Shown here: piece by piece, positions 25,440-39,022 of the stretch
Layout: every line of letters begins with the position of its first letter
How positions within the stretch are numbered: position 1 is the first letter of the stretch
Origin: Eledone cirrhosa
Lineage: Eukaryota
Reading direction: 5' to 3'
NCBI GenBank assembly: GCA_964016885.1
Contig: OZ024743.1
Span: 180,978,001-181,042,000, forward strand
DNA length: 64,000 bases
Translations under genes and position numbers: made by a program
The notes under the pieces: generated by a model
What the model was told of the DNA's origin: nothing
The model's database searches: none
Seen by the model: the letters and a program-made list of their open reading frames with translations, nothing else

Positions 25440-25890
25440 ATATGTACTAAGTACAAACCACTACCTTCCTACGAACAACTCACGCCGCACACGAGGCCCG
25501 AACACAGAAGAGCCGAACTCCCACTGTCATCGCCTCCATCTCTCTCACCCTCTCCATCTCTCTGTATTATGAGCAAATGGGGTCCCACGTGCTGGCCGCT
25601 CCACGGCCCCGGCGAACAGAATGGAGAAGGCGTTTCCCCGGAGGATGGTAAGGGAGATACACTGGAAGAGCCATTCCATCTCGTGAGGCTCACACCTGCG
25701 GCCAGCTCAGCGCCTATGGCGGTAAGTAGGGAGGTAGCCCTAGGGCCAAAGACACCAGAAGTCTCCACTGCCAGGGGCACGACCGCAAACCTGTCGGAGA
25801 GCGACCGATACTTGAAGAGTTTGCCCTCCTCAGCCCGAAGTGCAGCAGAACCTGGGTTAGTTGAATGTGTCCCTGCAAGTGACATTTCAG
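25440..25890 (-). mobile_element. CRE-like non-LTR retrotransposon 3' fragment (restriction-like endonuclease)
   Basis: AEEGKLFKY...FAVVPLAVETSGVFG motif, then a frameshifted RGNA-like end (aggggaaacgcc). Confidence 0.7.
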
Positions 25891-26842
25891 ATTCATAAAA
25901 CCGCCACAGGTCAGCAAGTTCTACGAAATGCGGGTCGTGATATAACTTACTTTTATTAAAGGTAATCCCTACAATTCCTACGTGATTAAACGGTGCGCCA
26001 AATATGTCAGCAAGATACTGGATAAAGTAGTTTTATGGTACATAATAATCTGTGGCCACAATCTCGACAAAGTGTGAACACAGATCGATAGGCATGTAAC
26101 AAATCGATAGGCGTGTAAACCATCTACTCTTCGACCTTAAAACCAAGTGTGTCCCGAGCCCGCAGGTTCTTCAGCCTAGAGCTTATTCTGATTTCATTGG
26201 CGTTAACCAACTGGGAGTAGAAGTAGTCTCATCCCTGAACAGAAGTCTATCGTAGGGCTAACCACCAGCTGTGATGACAAGATCAAGGTGAAATGAAATG
26301 TTTTAATATAAACACAACCCACCACCTGGTTGAAGAATCGAATTCCTGAGCTTACAATCCAATCGTAAGTAATCTTGAACTGAAAATCCGAAATTACAAA
26401 ATACGGCAGAGAATGAAAGTAAAGTTTCAATGAAAGGTAATCAATTATTGTTGAGACAATACAAATATTGCGAAACATTCCTGAGTTAAACATCTTCCCA
26501 TCCCCTCTCTCTTTATTTCGTTGCTTTTTTTTTCTTATTTATATTTCCTTTTACCCTTTTTTGTTCTCTTTAAAATTGTGTTTTAATTTAACATCCATTT
26601 TAGGAAGAATAGTTATAAGTAGGAAATCTAAAAGTAACTGATTAAGATGGAACAAGTAAGATATAATGAAGACAAAATAATTTAATAATACATTCAAACA
26701 ACAATGCCATTGTTTGTTTAGTTTCATCACTTAGATGAAACAGACCTTAGACGATCTATATTCATTACGGTGGGTAAAAAATACCTTTTCAAAATTTAGA
26801 AAATAAATTTATTTCTGAAGTAACTGAAGAGAAATTTCAGTT

Positions 26843-27232
26843 GTGGGTGATAAGTTCAAGTATCTTGGCGCTGTGTTCACGAGTGATGGAAGGCTGGAGG
26901 TTGAATTAAATGCAAGAATTGCAAGAGCTGGTGCAGTAATGCGCCAACTTCAGCAATCGGTAGTAATCAGAAGGGAGGTAGATGCAAAAGCCAAACTCGC
27001 TATCTTCAATTCGGAAAGAATCACTAGACACATTTTACGAACAAAACCAACCGACAGGAGACCCAGGCTTAGACTCCGAGCAAGATAGTTGACTAATATC
27101 CATGAGCTTCGTTGGTCTCTCTTTGGGGTTCCAGCCGGATCAGTTAGAGGCGGTCGCTTTTGACAGGACCCTTGGAAGGAGTGTTTGAGGACTCTTCTCC
27201 CTCTCAGGAATAAGTGACCGAAGAAGAAGAAG
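26843..27232 (+). mobile_element. RTE-clade LINE 3' fragment
   Basis: FKYLGAVFTSDGRLEVELNARIARA RT C-terminal motif; internal deletion; (GAA)n tail. Confidence 0.8.
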
Positions 27233-28094
27233 GGTGATAAGTGGAATGAGCTGGATCAACTGCATGATACCCAATCAGAGAACAAACATAAGGATATATA
27301 GATACATAAAACTAAACTGCAATATAGATATATTGTGGTAGAGCAGACAATACGTGTCACAAATAGTAAAGACTAAATAACAGAGATTTATGTCAGACAT
27401 TAGTATCTTTCTGGAGATTTGAATAATGACTAAATATTTTCAGCTTACCAGATTAACTAGAGATTAGTATGTACACGTATATATATATATATAGATAGAT
27501 AAAATGTACGCGTATATATATATATATATATACATAATACGCAATTAACATTCGTCACGAATATACATACATCTCAATGAATAGAGATCGTTAAGATATC
27601 TTATTCAGAGAAGTAAACATATAGAATATCTCATACATATCACCGACGGGTCGATAAGAGATCGTTCCCTAAGGATATATACAACCTCAAGCAACTTAAA
27701 TATTAGAAGCCTGATCAAGATCCCTACCGCAAAAACAGTCTATGAATTGAAAATTAAATAAGTCAGACCACGTCAATAGCTTGAGATGGTCATCATTGTC
27801 AGATCAAATTCTTCGACTGTTCATGCAGTTTCTAAATCGAAGAATAAATCAAACGAATTAATAAATCGATATGGTCATAATTACCAGAAACAGATTCTTC
27901 TTTCCACAGACACGCGTATCTTTAATGTAGACTTGGCTGGCTCTTTAAATTACAGATACAATTCATTTTTGTCGGAGGATGCGAAACCTATGACATGATA
28001 TTCTAGTCCTAATATTAGATCTATATTTTCATCCCTATCAGTAGTTTAAGTTAACATAAGCTTGGGATATCAATGAGATCTGGTTATAATTGCA

Positions 28095-28510
28095 TATGTT
28101 CTTTCCAATCCAATCCCATCCAGGGACTTCTCGCTCCTGTTTTAGGGACCCCTCTGTGGTTGATCTCCACCGCTTTCTCTTTGATTTTGTTCATGTCAGG
28201 TGTGTTGCCGTACTCATCAAGTTTGGCCAATTGCGGATTGCTGTGGTTATTTAACCCATAGTTGGGGTGGATGGCTGTTAACTCTAACCAGTTTATCCAC
28301 CCTTTTAATATCTCTTGTTGTTTGTGCTGCTGGGGTTCCACTTGCCCTCATCACCAGATCAGACCAGAGTGTGGTGGGGAAGATGGCTTGGGCTTATATG
28401 TTAGCAGCAACAGACAGAAGCCTGACTTAATCAGACCGGTGTCTGATGATGGAGCCGATCACTCGGCCATAAAGCAAGTTGTACTGGGTTTCATGGTACC
28501 AGCAACAACA
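28095..28510 (-). mobile_element. Interspersed repeat (homolog of 13040-13745)
   Basis: Reverse-strand homology. Confidence 0.6.
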
Positions 28511-29026
28511 GAGAGAATTCTGACATGACTATAGCACACAATACTGATAAGTCCAAGTATTTACATCTGCTCCTTATGAAGAACTATCGATGTTGACACG
28601 TAGGATAATGTATGAATGAGAATATACGCGATCAAAATTCAATTATAGTTGTCAAAATAATCGCACGCTATTTTCTTTACTCACTAAAGAAAATTTTAAG
28701 TATAAGTCTACTTATTTATTGTATGTATAATAATTTTTAAAACAAGAAATTATCTTAAAATGATAAATCACGAAAATGAAAAAGTTGAATACTCAAAGCT
28801 ATAAATATATATTGTTTGCTATACATCTTTGTTAATATTTCAAAAAATAATTACTTTTTTATAATTCCTATTCCTTTTTATGATTGGAATCTTGTATCTA
28901 CATATCTGTATACATGCCTGTGAATATATTCATATTCATACATATATATATATACAGGTATATGAAGCTAGTCGAAGATAATCGACACAGCCACGGTAGT
29001 TTCCTCTCTCACTTAATGATATAATT

Positions 29027-29095
<69 letters not shown>

Positions 29096-29136
29096 ACGAG
29101 AGGGGGGAAAACACAGAAAGTGTGCTTTCCTTTACA

Positions 29137-29812
29137 GGAATTTCAAACCACCAGCGTGAAGAGAATATAAGCTAATAGAGGCATAGGAAAAACATTAAAA
29201 TTAAAAGTATAAATTAAAATGAGAAATCAACCTCATACCTCGATCACACATGTACAAACTCACCAGGAGATTGTTTTGCCATGTGGAGAGACCGATATTG
29301 TCCGCACTACTAGAGAGAGAGAGAGAGAAAACTATAGTAAACCACCTGTAGCACGTGTAGATATAAGGGAAATACGTGCGCGAGGCAGTAACCGGTGGCA
29401 TGAACAGAACAAGCTGCTGGAGATGGGAGCCTATACTGTTCAATTTATGGTGCTCAACAGCAGAGAGAAATATCAAGGAGCAAATATCAAGTAAAATAAC
29501 GGAACAAAGGACTCGCGTATAATCCTGTAATTAAATGAGCTCAAAGGAAAGAGTTTTCCTGGGCACTTTAAAATACAATATATAGAGGGGAAAAAACCCT
29601 CTAGTAGTGCTGACAATATCGGTCTCACCACATGCTGATGACCTACAGGGCCGAATTGGAACCCACTAAAATGGCGAAACAATCTCCTGGTGAGTTTGTA
29701 CATGTGTGATCTAAGTATGAGGTTGGTTTCTCATTTTAATTTATACTTTTAATTTTAATGTTTTTCCTATGCCTCTATTAGCTTATATTCTCTTCACGCT
29801 GGTGAAATTCCT
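29137..29812 (+). mobile_element. PLE-terminus element with inverted repeats and HHR
   Basis: Arms 29137-29317 and 29598-29812; the left arm lacks the HHR core and helix II; (TA)n after the right arm. Confidence 0.75.
29629..29706 (+). ncRNA. Type I hammerhead ribozyme motif
   Basis: Helix I cacatg/catgtg; CTGATGA 29635-29641; GAAAC 29676; extended helix III acaa.ctc/gag.ttgt; GTA cleavage triplet 29698-29700; helix II imperfect. Confidence 0.65.
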
Positions 29813-29854
29813 ATATATATATGTATATATATATATATATATATACACATTGAC

Positions 29855-29943
29855 TTCTACAGGACTAGAATGGTTTCATTCGTATTAAATCATCAGGAAT
29901 GCTGATGATTTCATACGAATGAAATAGTTCTAGTCCTGTAGAA
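29855..29943. repeat. Short palindrome with CTGATGA...GAAA in both arms
   Basis: ttctacaggactagaa...ttctagtcctgtagaa. Confidence 0.7.
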
Positions 29944-29944
29944 T

Positions 29945-30292
29945 CCAGGTAAAGCCGCTACTTCGCCGAATTGAGAGATCACAGCTCCGATACTATGGAC
30001 ATATGGTTAGAATGTCTCAGCAAAGAATCACTGGAGGACACATTTTACGGGCAAAACCAACTGGTAGGAGAGCCAATGGTAGACTCCGAGCAAAATCGTT
30101 GGATAAAATCCATGAGTTTGACTGGTATTGCTTGGTGATCCAGCCGGATCAGTTGGAGACGGTTGCTTCTGACAGAATCCGCTGGAAGAAGAAGAAGAAG
30201 AAGAAGAAGAAGAAGAAGAAGAAGAAGAAGAAGAAGAAGAAGAAGAAGAAGAAGAAGAAGAAGAAGAAGAAGAAGAAGAAGAAGAAGAAGAA
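29945..30292 (+). mobile_element. RTE-clade LINE 3' end with long (GAA)n tail
   Basis: GHMVRM..RI...ILRAKPTGRR..GR.R motif; homologous to 27010-27230. Confidence 0.75.
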
Positions 30293-30824
30293 AATTATCA
30301 CGTAATTGTTCGATTGCACGTCGTGGCATCTTGATTAAGTATAATTTACCACAGCTTCGGGTTGACCCAGGGCTTGCATTGAACTTTGATCGGTGGACTG
30401 TGCCTGTAATTCAAAACACCAGACCTGTCACACGCTGTATCCCCCTGAATTTCCTCTAGAATTACATTAAGGATATAAGTTTTTGTAGAATGCCTATCCA
30501 TTTACTCGTTAATGTTCCAAATATCAAGCAGCTGAAAACTCATCATCGAAACCGACGGAGGTCTATTACTTACCTGGTTGACATTGTTTGCTGTCGATAA
30601 TACCAGCATTTAGTTGCTTGAATACTAATTAATGATTATCTGAAGAATTATAAGTTTGTATTCAATCCCTGCAGGTATACTTCTCGGTAAATTATTGGGC
30701 TACCAGCCGGAATGTCTCGTAACCCCGCATCAACAGGGCGCATGATATATAACCAACATATGCAATCTTGTCGTTTATCCAATCAACTAAACAGTTTGTT
30801 TTATGCCTATACAAATATTTCTGT

Positions 30825-31145
30825 ATGTATATACATGTGTATATTTACATATATCTAAGATTTTGTCTCAATACGTCAATGTGAATATATATTCACAATG
30901 TATATACATGTGTATATTTACATATAGCTAAGAGTTTTTCTCAATGCGTTGTTGGTCTGTGTGAATATATGTTCACAATATATATATACATGTGTATATT
31001 TACATATAGCATATAGCTTGTCTCAATGCGTTGTTGGTCTGTGCGAATATATATTCACAATATATATATACATGTGTATATTTACATATAGCCTAGATTT
31101 TGTCTCAATATGTTGTTGGTCTGTGTAAATATACATTCACAATAA
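30825..31145. repeat. ~80-bp tandem repeat x4
   Basis: atatacatgtgtatatttacatata...tctcaat...gaatatat.ttcacaat repeated. Confidence 0.85.
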
Positions 31146-31221
31146 TCTACTTGTGCTTTATGGCCATATTTTTCTAGATATTTCTATATATCTGCTTTTC
31201 AATATATAGTTATATTAGGTT

Positions 31222-31545
31222 GCAGGCGCGTGACTTTGAGGTTAGGGTATTCGGCTCAGTTGTAAGTTCATGAGTCTGATTCCTGGCGGCGCGTTGTGTG
31301 TCCTTGAGCAAGACACTATATTTCACGTTGCTCCAGTCCACACAGCTGACAAAAATGTGTTGTACTTATAATTCGAAAAGCCAGCCTTTTCACATTCTGT
31401 GTTACCTTGAATCTCCCTGAGAACTACATTCAGAGTAAATGTGTCTGTGGAATGCTCAGCTACTTGCACATTACTTTTACGAGCAGGCTGTTTCGTTGAT
31501 CGTATCAACTGGAACACTCGTTGTCTTAACCGGAGTACCAGTTAT
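31222..31545 (+). mobile_element. CORE-type tRNA SINE
   Basis: tRNA-like head, tgtccttgagcaagacact CORE-like segment and family 3' region. Confidence 0.7.
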
Positions 31546-31578
31546 ATTATATTAGAAGTGTGTATGTGTGTGTGTATG

Positions 31579-31613
<35 letters not shown>

Positions 31614-31951
31614 CTGCGTATGTATGCGTGTGTGTATGTGTGTGTGTGCGTGTGTGTGTTTGATATGTTTCTACATTCCATAGTCGTCCTCTTTCTATAC
31701 AGAGTGTGAATTTATATTGGGTTTGCTATTACTGAAGTCAGAAGGATAACTGCGCCATTGTTTAAGGTATTTTGTTAGGAAAGTCACCAATAGGCTCTCT
31801 CTCTCACAATTGCTATGATTGATTGATTGTTTGATATATCAAGAGATCGATATTGACACAAGCAGCACAGCGTTATGCTCACAGCAAGGTACCTTCTATC
31901 TCATATACTGAGTGTCCCAAAAAATGTATAACCACTTCAACAGCATTCTGA

Positions 31952-32151
31952 NNNNNNNNNNNNNNNNNNNNNNNNNNNNNNNNNNNNNNNNNNNNNNNNN
32001 NNNNNNNNNNNNNNNNNNNNNNNNNNNNNNNNNNNNNNNNNNNNNNNNNNNNNNNNNNNNNNNNNNNNNNNNNNNNNNNNNNNNNNNNNNNNNNNNNNNN
32101 NNNNNNNNNNNNNNNNNNNNNNNNNNNNNNNNNNNNNNNNNNNNNNNNNNN
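31952..32151. other. Assembly gap (200 N)
   Basis: Run of N. Confidence 1.
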
Positions 32152-32191
32152 CTAAGAGCAGGGGAAAGAGAGAGAGGGACCGAGAGAGTGT

Positions 32192-32225
<34 letters not shown>

Positions 32226-32297
32226 GGGGAGGGAGATGGTGATGATAGAAATTTTGGAAATTCTCCTCATATCTCAACTAAGAGCAAGAGAGAGAGA

Positions 32298-32371
<74 letters not shown>

Positions 32372-32909
32372 AGGGAGATGGTGATGATAGAAATTTTGGA
32401 AATTCTCCTCATATCTCAACTAAGAGCAAGAGAGAGAGAGAGATGAGAGAAATTTTGGAAATTCTCCACATATCTGAAGAACTTAAATATGACAGTGTCG
32501 TCTGCAACAATGAAAATATTTAGGCAAAAGTCAATTTCACTTCCGTTTACAGATTTTTTTATGTTTTTCTCTTAATCCTCTGAGAGCATTTTTTATTTCC
32601 TTTTATTTCATTATCGAAATTTATTCGTCTATTTATTTGTCTATTTTAGAAACTAAGCAACTTTTTTTATATCAGACTATATCTTTTTTTTAAATGTTAT
32701 CTTTGTTTCATTTTTTATTCTATTCTTTTAAAAATTCTTATTTAATTTAATTTCTTTTTTATTATTTTTTTGTTTTGGAGTGTTTTTATTTATATATTCT
32801 CAGTTTTTTTTGTGTGGGTTTGGAGGGGGGAAATACAATTTTCTTGTTTTTCGATTCGTATCACATTTGTTGTGGCTTGAAATAAAAAAAAAAATGAATA
32901 AATAAATAG

Positions 32910-32974
<65 letters not shown>

Positions 32975-33253
32975 AAATAAATAAATAAATATATAAACAA
33001 ATAAATAAATAAATATATAAACAAATAAATAAATAAATATATAAATAAATAAATAAACAAATAAATAAATAAGTTGATAAATAAACATTTATTTTCAATA
33101 ATTCCTGCCACTTTATCTACTTTTTAGGGATATCAAGCAAATATTATGGGATTTTACGTTTATATTGGGTTGTCAAGTATGAAATTTGTATAAATTTGTA
33201 GAAAAAAAACAAATTTCTACAAATTTCATACTTGACTGTGTAATATGTGTGTA

Positions 33254-33373
<120 letters not shown>

Positions 33374-33574
33374 TGCGTGTGTGTGTGTGTGTGTGTGTGC
33401 GTGTGATATCATATATGGATGTATGTAACCGCTGAATGCAATGACGATAATATACAGCTGAGCAGATGCAAAATGTAGCATTTTGGAAGCGTTGTAAAAG
33501 TCTTCGAAATCTTCAACTGAAAAGAAGACCTTAAAAGCCCCAGATGTATAGTAAAAAAGAATTCACAGATAGTA

Positions 33575-33780
33575 AGCCTAAATACTGGCAGGAGACCCAG
33601 GGAGACCCAGGGGTAACCCCCCGAGCAAGCTGGTTGGATAACACCCATGAGCTCGGCTGGTCTGGCTTGGGGACCCAACCAGATCAATTAGAAACGGTTG
33701 CTACTGTCAGGACCAGCTGGAAGAGGTGTTTGAGGACACTGCCCCACGTCCCTCTCAGAAATAAGTGCACAAAGAAGAAA
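33575..33780 (+). mobile_element. RTE-clade LINE 3' end fragment
   Basis: Homologous to 27040-27230; ends ctcagaaataagtg..aagaagaa. Confidence 0.7.
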
Positions 33781-33890
33781 CTTCGATACTATTCTGTTAG
33801 CCTCATCCTTTATTAAAACCAAGATTGTTTGTGTTGTTCTATAATTTTTCTCAGTTCCATGTCTTATGAGTTTTCCTAATCATCATTTAA

Positions 33891-34210
33891 CCGCATGCAC
33901 AAAAGTTCCACGGGATTCTTCTAGTTCCCTTATTTTTCCTTTAATTTAGTCAATTATTCGCGTCCCCTAAAAGGATCTTTTCTGAATTTCAGACTGGAGA
34001 TTATTCTCTTTATTCTTTTACCTGTTCCACCCAACTGTCTGGGAAAATTACGAGGCGCTACCACCTATGATGTTACTCATTTCAGTTTCAAATTAACATC
34101 ATCTCCAGTCTGGAATTCAAAAAACATCCTTTTAGGGGACGTTTATATTCGACTAAATTAAAGGAAAAATAAGGAACTAAAAGAATCTCGTGGATTTCTT
34201 GTACATACGG
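33891..34210. mobile_element. MITE with long TIRs and TTAA flanks (piggyBac-like)
   Basis: ttaa|ccg...cgg|ttaa; ~120-bp imperfect inverted arms. Confidence 0.65.
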
Positions 34211-34654
34211 TTAAAACAATCAACCTGTATAGCGTGAGCAATGGTGTCCTGGATAAATAACAACGTTTTCATTATTAAGCTAGATATTAATAGACATTTG
34301 CTAAATGATGAGAATGGATCTCCGTTGATGTCGACGATGGGTGTTCCTGTTTTTTTATCAATAGAACAGCTTACTCATAAAATTAACTTGTATATGGCTG
34401 AGTATTCCACAGTCACATATACCTTTAAGATAATTCCTAGTGATATTTTGTGTGACAGAGTGTGCAAGAAGTCTGTTCTATTCTATGACCCCTAACTCCT
34501 CATAGAGTCGTAGGGACGCCGTAGTGACATTCTTAGGTATTTATAAACCTGGTGAAGCCCATCTCCTTTCCAGGTCTGAACATAGCTGATTTCTTCCAAA
34601 GAAGGAGAGTGATAGTGATAGAGAGGAAGTGAAAAAAGATTTAGAAGAAGAATA

Positions 34655-34810
34655 TACCACAGTACTTGACTGGTACTGTTTTATCGACCTCGCAAGGACG
34701 AAAGGAAAAGTAGACCTCAGCGGGATTTGAACTCAGGCAGATACGAGAGCCAAAAGGAATACCGCAAAGGATTCTATCCAACATTCCAGCAACCCTGCCA
34801 ATTCGCCGTC
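34655..34810 (-). mobile_element. tRNA-derived SINE (Nin-like)
   Basis: Reverse of B-box gagttcaaatcccgc and gtcgataaaacagtaccag core. Confidence 0.7.
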
Positions 34811-35129
34811 TGTATAAAACGACTAACATTTTGAAATACAGATACAGTTCATCAAACGAGCTTATAAAGAGTTTTTGTTTTCTCAATCTCACTGACACGG
34901 CATTTCAATTTTTAATTAACAGCATTGACAAATATAACATTCTATGCATGTTTATGTTTCCGTATTAGGGTCTGTTTCCACATATAAATATTTCATGCTC
35001 ATGCATATAACATAAATACTTATATTATACTATTGTCTGTTTAGTTATATATTTCTTCATGTATTTATCCTTTGTACTTAAAGGCTTCCAGTTCGCAAAG
35101 TTTATAGGAGTTATACATTATATATATAC

Positions 35130-35251
<122 letters not shown>

Positions 35252-35302
35252 CTAAATATGTTTGTGTGTATGTATATATATAATATATATATATTTATGT
35301 AT

Positions 35303-35352
<50 letters not shown>

Positions 35353-35499
35353 TATTTTCCGTTGTATTGTAATATAAATATTACACACAGTAGATTGACA
35401 GCTCACGTAGAGTTTGCTCGACGGTTCCAGTTGTAGTTCCAAAAGTAATCCGGAGAAAAATAGAAAGATTTAAATGGATACAGTTTAGTTGAAAGGAAT

Positions 35500-35620
35500 T
35501 TATTGACACGTGTTTCTATAACAGTTACATAACCTGAAAACAGCTGCTATCTACAAAGTTTTAGTTATGCAGACATTCAATATTTCAATGTTATTATTTA
35601 CTGTCATTTCATCAGAATAA
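35500..35620 (-). ncRNA. Type I hammerhead ribozyme of PLE copy 2
   Basis: Minus strand: ttatt-CTGATGA-a atgacagt...actgttat a-GAAAC-ACGT-GTC-aataa. Confidence 0.8.
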
Positions 35621-36483
35621 TATTATTGAGGACCTATTTGGTTTTTATCGAGAATATTAGGAGGGAGGGGTGAAGTTGTTAGAAGAATAGTTGAGGGAGT
35701 GGTTTGTTGATAGCAGTGAGAATTTTTGGTGGCAGTGAGTAATTAGATTCCCATCTGTTGTTTTGACATTTTTATAGAATATATTATTGGTTATTTTTCT
35801 AAATTTATAGAAGGATTAGAGATAGTAAAGATATGCGTGGTTGGTTTTGTGTTTGCACTTAATTAACATTCAGACTTAAATTTTTCTTTCAAGTGTACGT
35901 ATCCTTTCACCCACGCATTCACACACAAATATATTTGCACACCTCTACAAAATACATATACTCACATTCACATATTCATACTTACATACATATACACATG
36001 CATACATATATATATACACACATGTATTCATGTACATACATACGCGTTCATGTGTATACATTTTCATACTCAACTTATCTTTATATACACACGCATAGAC
36101 ACACACATATATACATACATACTCTAGTCTATGTGTACACATATACATATACATACACATCTATACACATATATATATATACACACATACATATATACAT
36201 ATATATATATATAAGCACTTTAATACATGAATACACTTACATCCTACTATACACATCAAACATATATATATATTTACTTATTTATATACATTTTCACATA
36301 TATATACATACTTATGGACGTTTTTAGACACATTCATTATCGCATATTTGCACCTATTTTCATCAGCATATCTTTCCATTATTAGTGTGGTAATTTAAGG
36401 TTATTAATATATGTTGAGAAGAGATTGTTTTTATATTTTTCTAACTAGAATGAGGTTTATATAGTTGGGGGGATGTCCCTCTT

Positions 36484-38806
36484 TTATGTAATATTCGGCT
36501 TGTAGTGGGAAAAAAGGGTTTTAGTTCTGTGACGGCAGAATAATGTTCGTTCAATTCTGTTATTCAGCAATTTCTTCTTGTGTGTGATTATGTAATAAAT
36601 CTCAAGATTACATAATTTGCAGAAATTTTGGCTCCTGGAAAAGCTTTGGGTTTTAGCTAATTTCTCCCATTTTAGAGTAAACTTTTGATCGCTATCCCTG
36701 AGCGTCCAAGCTTTTTCTGCTAAAGTTGTTACATTTCTTTGGCTCTGGTGTTTTATTGAGTAAGAATGCCTATATAATCGAAATTTGAACGATGTTGCCG
36801 TTGATCCCACGTAATACCACTCGTTGCCTCCGGATTTAATGGTACACTTATAAATAATATTTTTTTCCAGGCAGTTATTGCTGAGGGGGCAGTTGTCAGG
36901 ATAGGTGCAGTTACAGTTGTGTACGTTGGGTTTTCTCTGGAGTAGTATTGCGGACGAACTTAGGTGTGGTTTATTTATGTTCTGTAGTGTATTGTCTACT
37001 GTTTTTTTTGTGTTTTTTGTACTTAAGTTCTTAGTGTTTTCGTTTAACCTTCTAGTATTGATCTTTTTTATGTGTTGTTCAAGGTTTAACGCTGTAGAGT
37101 ATGACAGTCTTATAGTGGTTGGGTTTAGGATTTTGTGGTATTTGTGTGATGTAGGAAAATGTCTCTTAATTATTTTAAAGAAGAGTACTGGTAAATTTGT
37201 ACTAATGGAACTATTGTATTCGGGGTTATACCATAAGTACTCTTTGCATCGCTTTCTATTAGTTTTGTTTGTTGGTTTACTGGTGTGCATACTACGGTAG
37301 TAAGTGTGGTTTGGTGTTGTGTTATTATATCTACCTATGTGGGATTTATTTTGGGTGTTTTGATTGTTCCCATCTATATACTCTATTTTGTTGAGGTAGC
37401 CTGCTTTACTAAGGGCGTTATCGTAGTACTCGGCGTGTTCCTTAAATACTTGTATGTTAGAAGATAGACCCGAGATTCTAAGGGAAATATTTTTAGGGAT
37501 AGATTTAATTATAGAGATGGGGTGGTTAGATCCAACATTTACGTATTTGAGATTTTCATTCAATTTATGAAACGGTTTAATCAATCCAGAGTTTAAATTG
37601 AGTGTGACATCCAGGAAGTTAACTACTTTAAGGTTGTATTCATATGTTATAGTTAGTCCTATTTCGAGTAGTAGTTTTCTTATATCTTTGCGTAGTTTTT
37701 CTAGTTTTTGGTTACTTAGGTTTTTAACTAGGAGGAGAACATCGTCGCGGTATATTCCGCCGTGGAGATTGCTGAATTTTTCCTGGAGTCTAAAGGCGAT
37801 AAATAACCCCACAATATCAGTTATTTCCGCCGAATCGTTAGAGCCCATTGTTATATCAAAGTTAGAGGGTCTATCTTTACGTACCCAATAACTGTTCTCA
37901 AATTTGACTATAGTTTTCCTATCTTCTAGTATAATCTTAATTTCATCGTTTGTAAGGTCAGAGTTATCCTTAGCAAACTTAATGGCTCTATTCAAAGTTT
38001 CAGGTGATATCGATGAGTAATATTCATCGATATCAAACTGGATAAACTTAGATTTATTCTTATTCCTAATGCTATTAAACCATCTTATTGCTTCTTGGGT
38101 CTTCCCCCAGAGTTTAATGTTAACCTTAGCCCTAATTTGGGGGATGATTCTATCTAAGATATATTTGCTTATTTTTACCTATATCTGATTTAGAGGGGCA
38201 GATTAATCTAATTTTAGGGTCATTATCAAAGTTTACCTTATGGTCCTTAAGATTGAAGGTGGGTACCGCCGGTAAGAGTGGTCCTGTCCTATCTTCGATT
38301 CCGAGATTTTTCACTATTTCGCATGCCTCATCATTGATGTGCTTAAGAGTTACTTCATTCGTTTTTCTATATTTTTTATGTAATTCTTTTCGAATGAAGT
38401 TGTTGTATGTAGTGCAATCCATAGTATACAGGTTTGATGTTTTGTCCGCTTTTACTACAATTCCTTTGGTGTTTTTAAGGTCGTCCAGTAGTTTTTTTAT
38501 ATCTTTCTGTAATTTGCTGTTGGTGCTGCGTCCTTTGAATTTAATTTTAAGGATTAAGTTCATAAGGTCCTGCTCAAATGCATCTAATAGTGGGTTGGTG
38601 GGTGGATTTTTACAAGTCCTAAAACCGAATTTGTTGTTTACACCACTTTCTAATGTTGAGTTCATACGGCTTCTATCATAGTGGAGCGTTTTCCACCTGA
38701 CACGTCGAATGAATTCATTAGTTTTTTGAATCATACTCAATAAATATTCCTTTCTACCTTGGGTTGGTATGTTTTTGAGTGACATATCCAGGTAGTGTTT
38801 TTCCAT
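36484..38806 (-). CDS. PLE RT + GIY-YIG polyprotein (~773 aa if one frameshift is corrected)
   Basis: N-terminal SLKNIP, RRVRWK, VKADKT, LKDHK; FDIDEYYSSI, MGSNDSAEI, YRDD; CNC..CPL..C; IIY..YVG; CKLC..E; +1 frameshift in T5 run 38172-38176. Confidence 0.9.
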
Positions 38807-39022
38807 TGTTGTGGTTGCGTTTGCTGTGTGGGTTGCTCGACTTTACAGGAGGTAAATATACAGTATTTTCCGTTGTATTGTAATATAAATATTACACACA
38901 GTAGATTGACAGCTCACGTAGAGTTTGCTCGACGGTTCCAGTTGTAGTTCCAAAAGTAATCCGGAGAAAAATAGAAAGATTTGAATGGATACAGTTTAGT
39001 TGAAAGGAATTTATTGACACGC

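Noticed and set aside
32225-32475. Short duplications among (GA)n next to the gap
   Set aside because: Adjacent to an assembly gap; may be an artefact or simple slippage.
36905-38681. Plus-strand ORFs overlapping PLE copy 2
   Set aside because: Antisense shadows of the RT ORF with no recognisable motifs.
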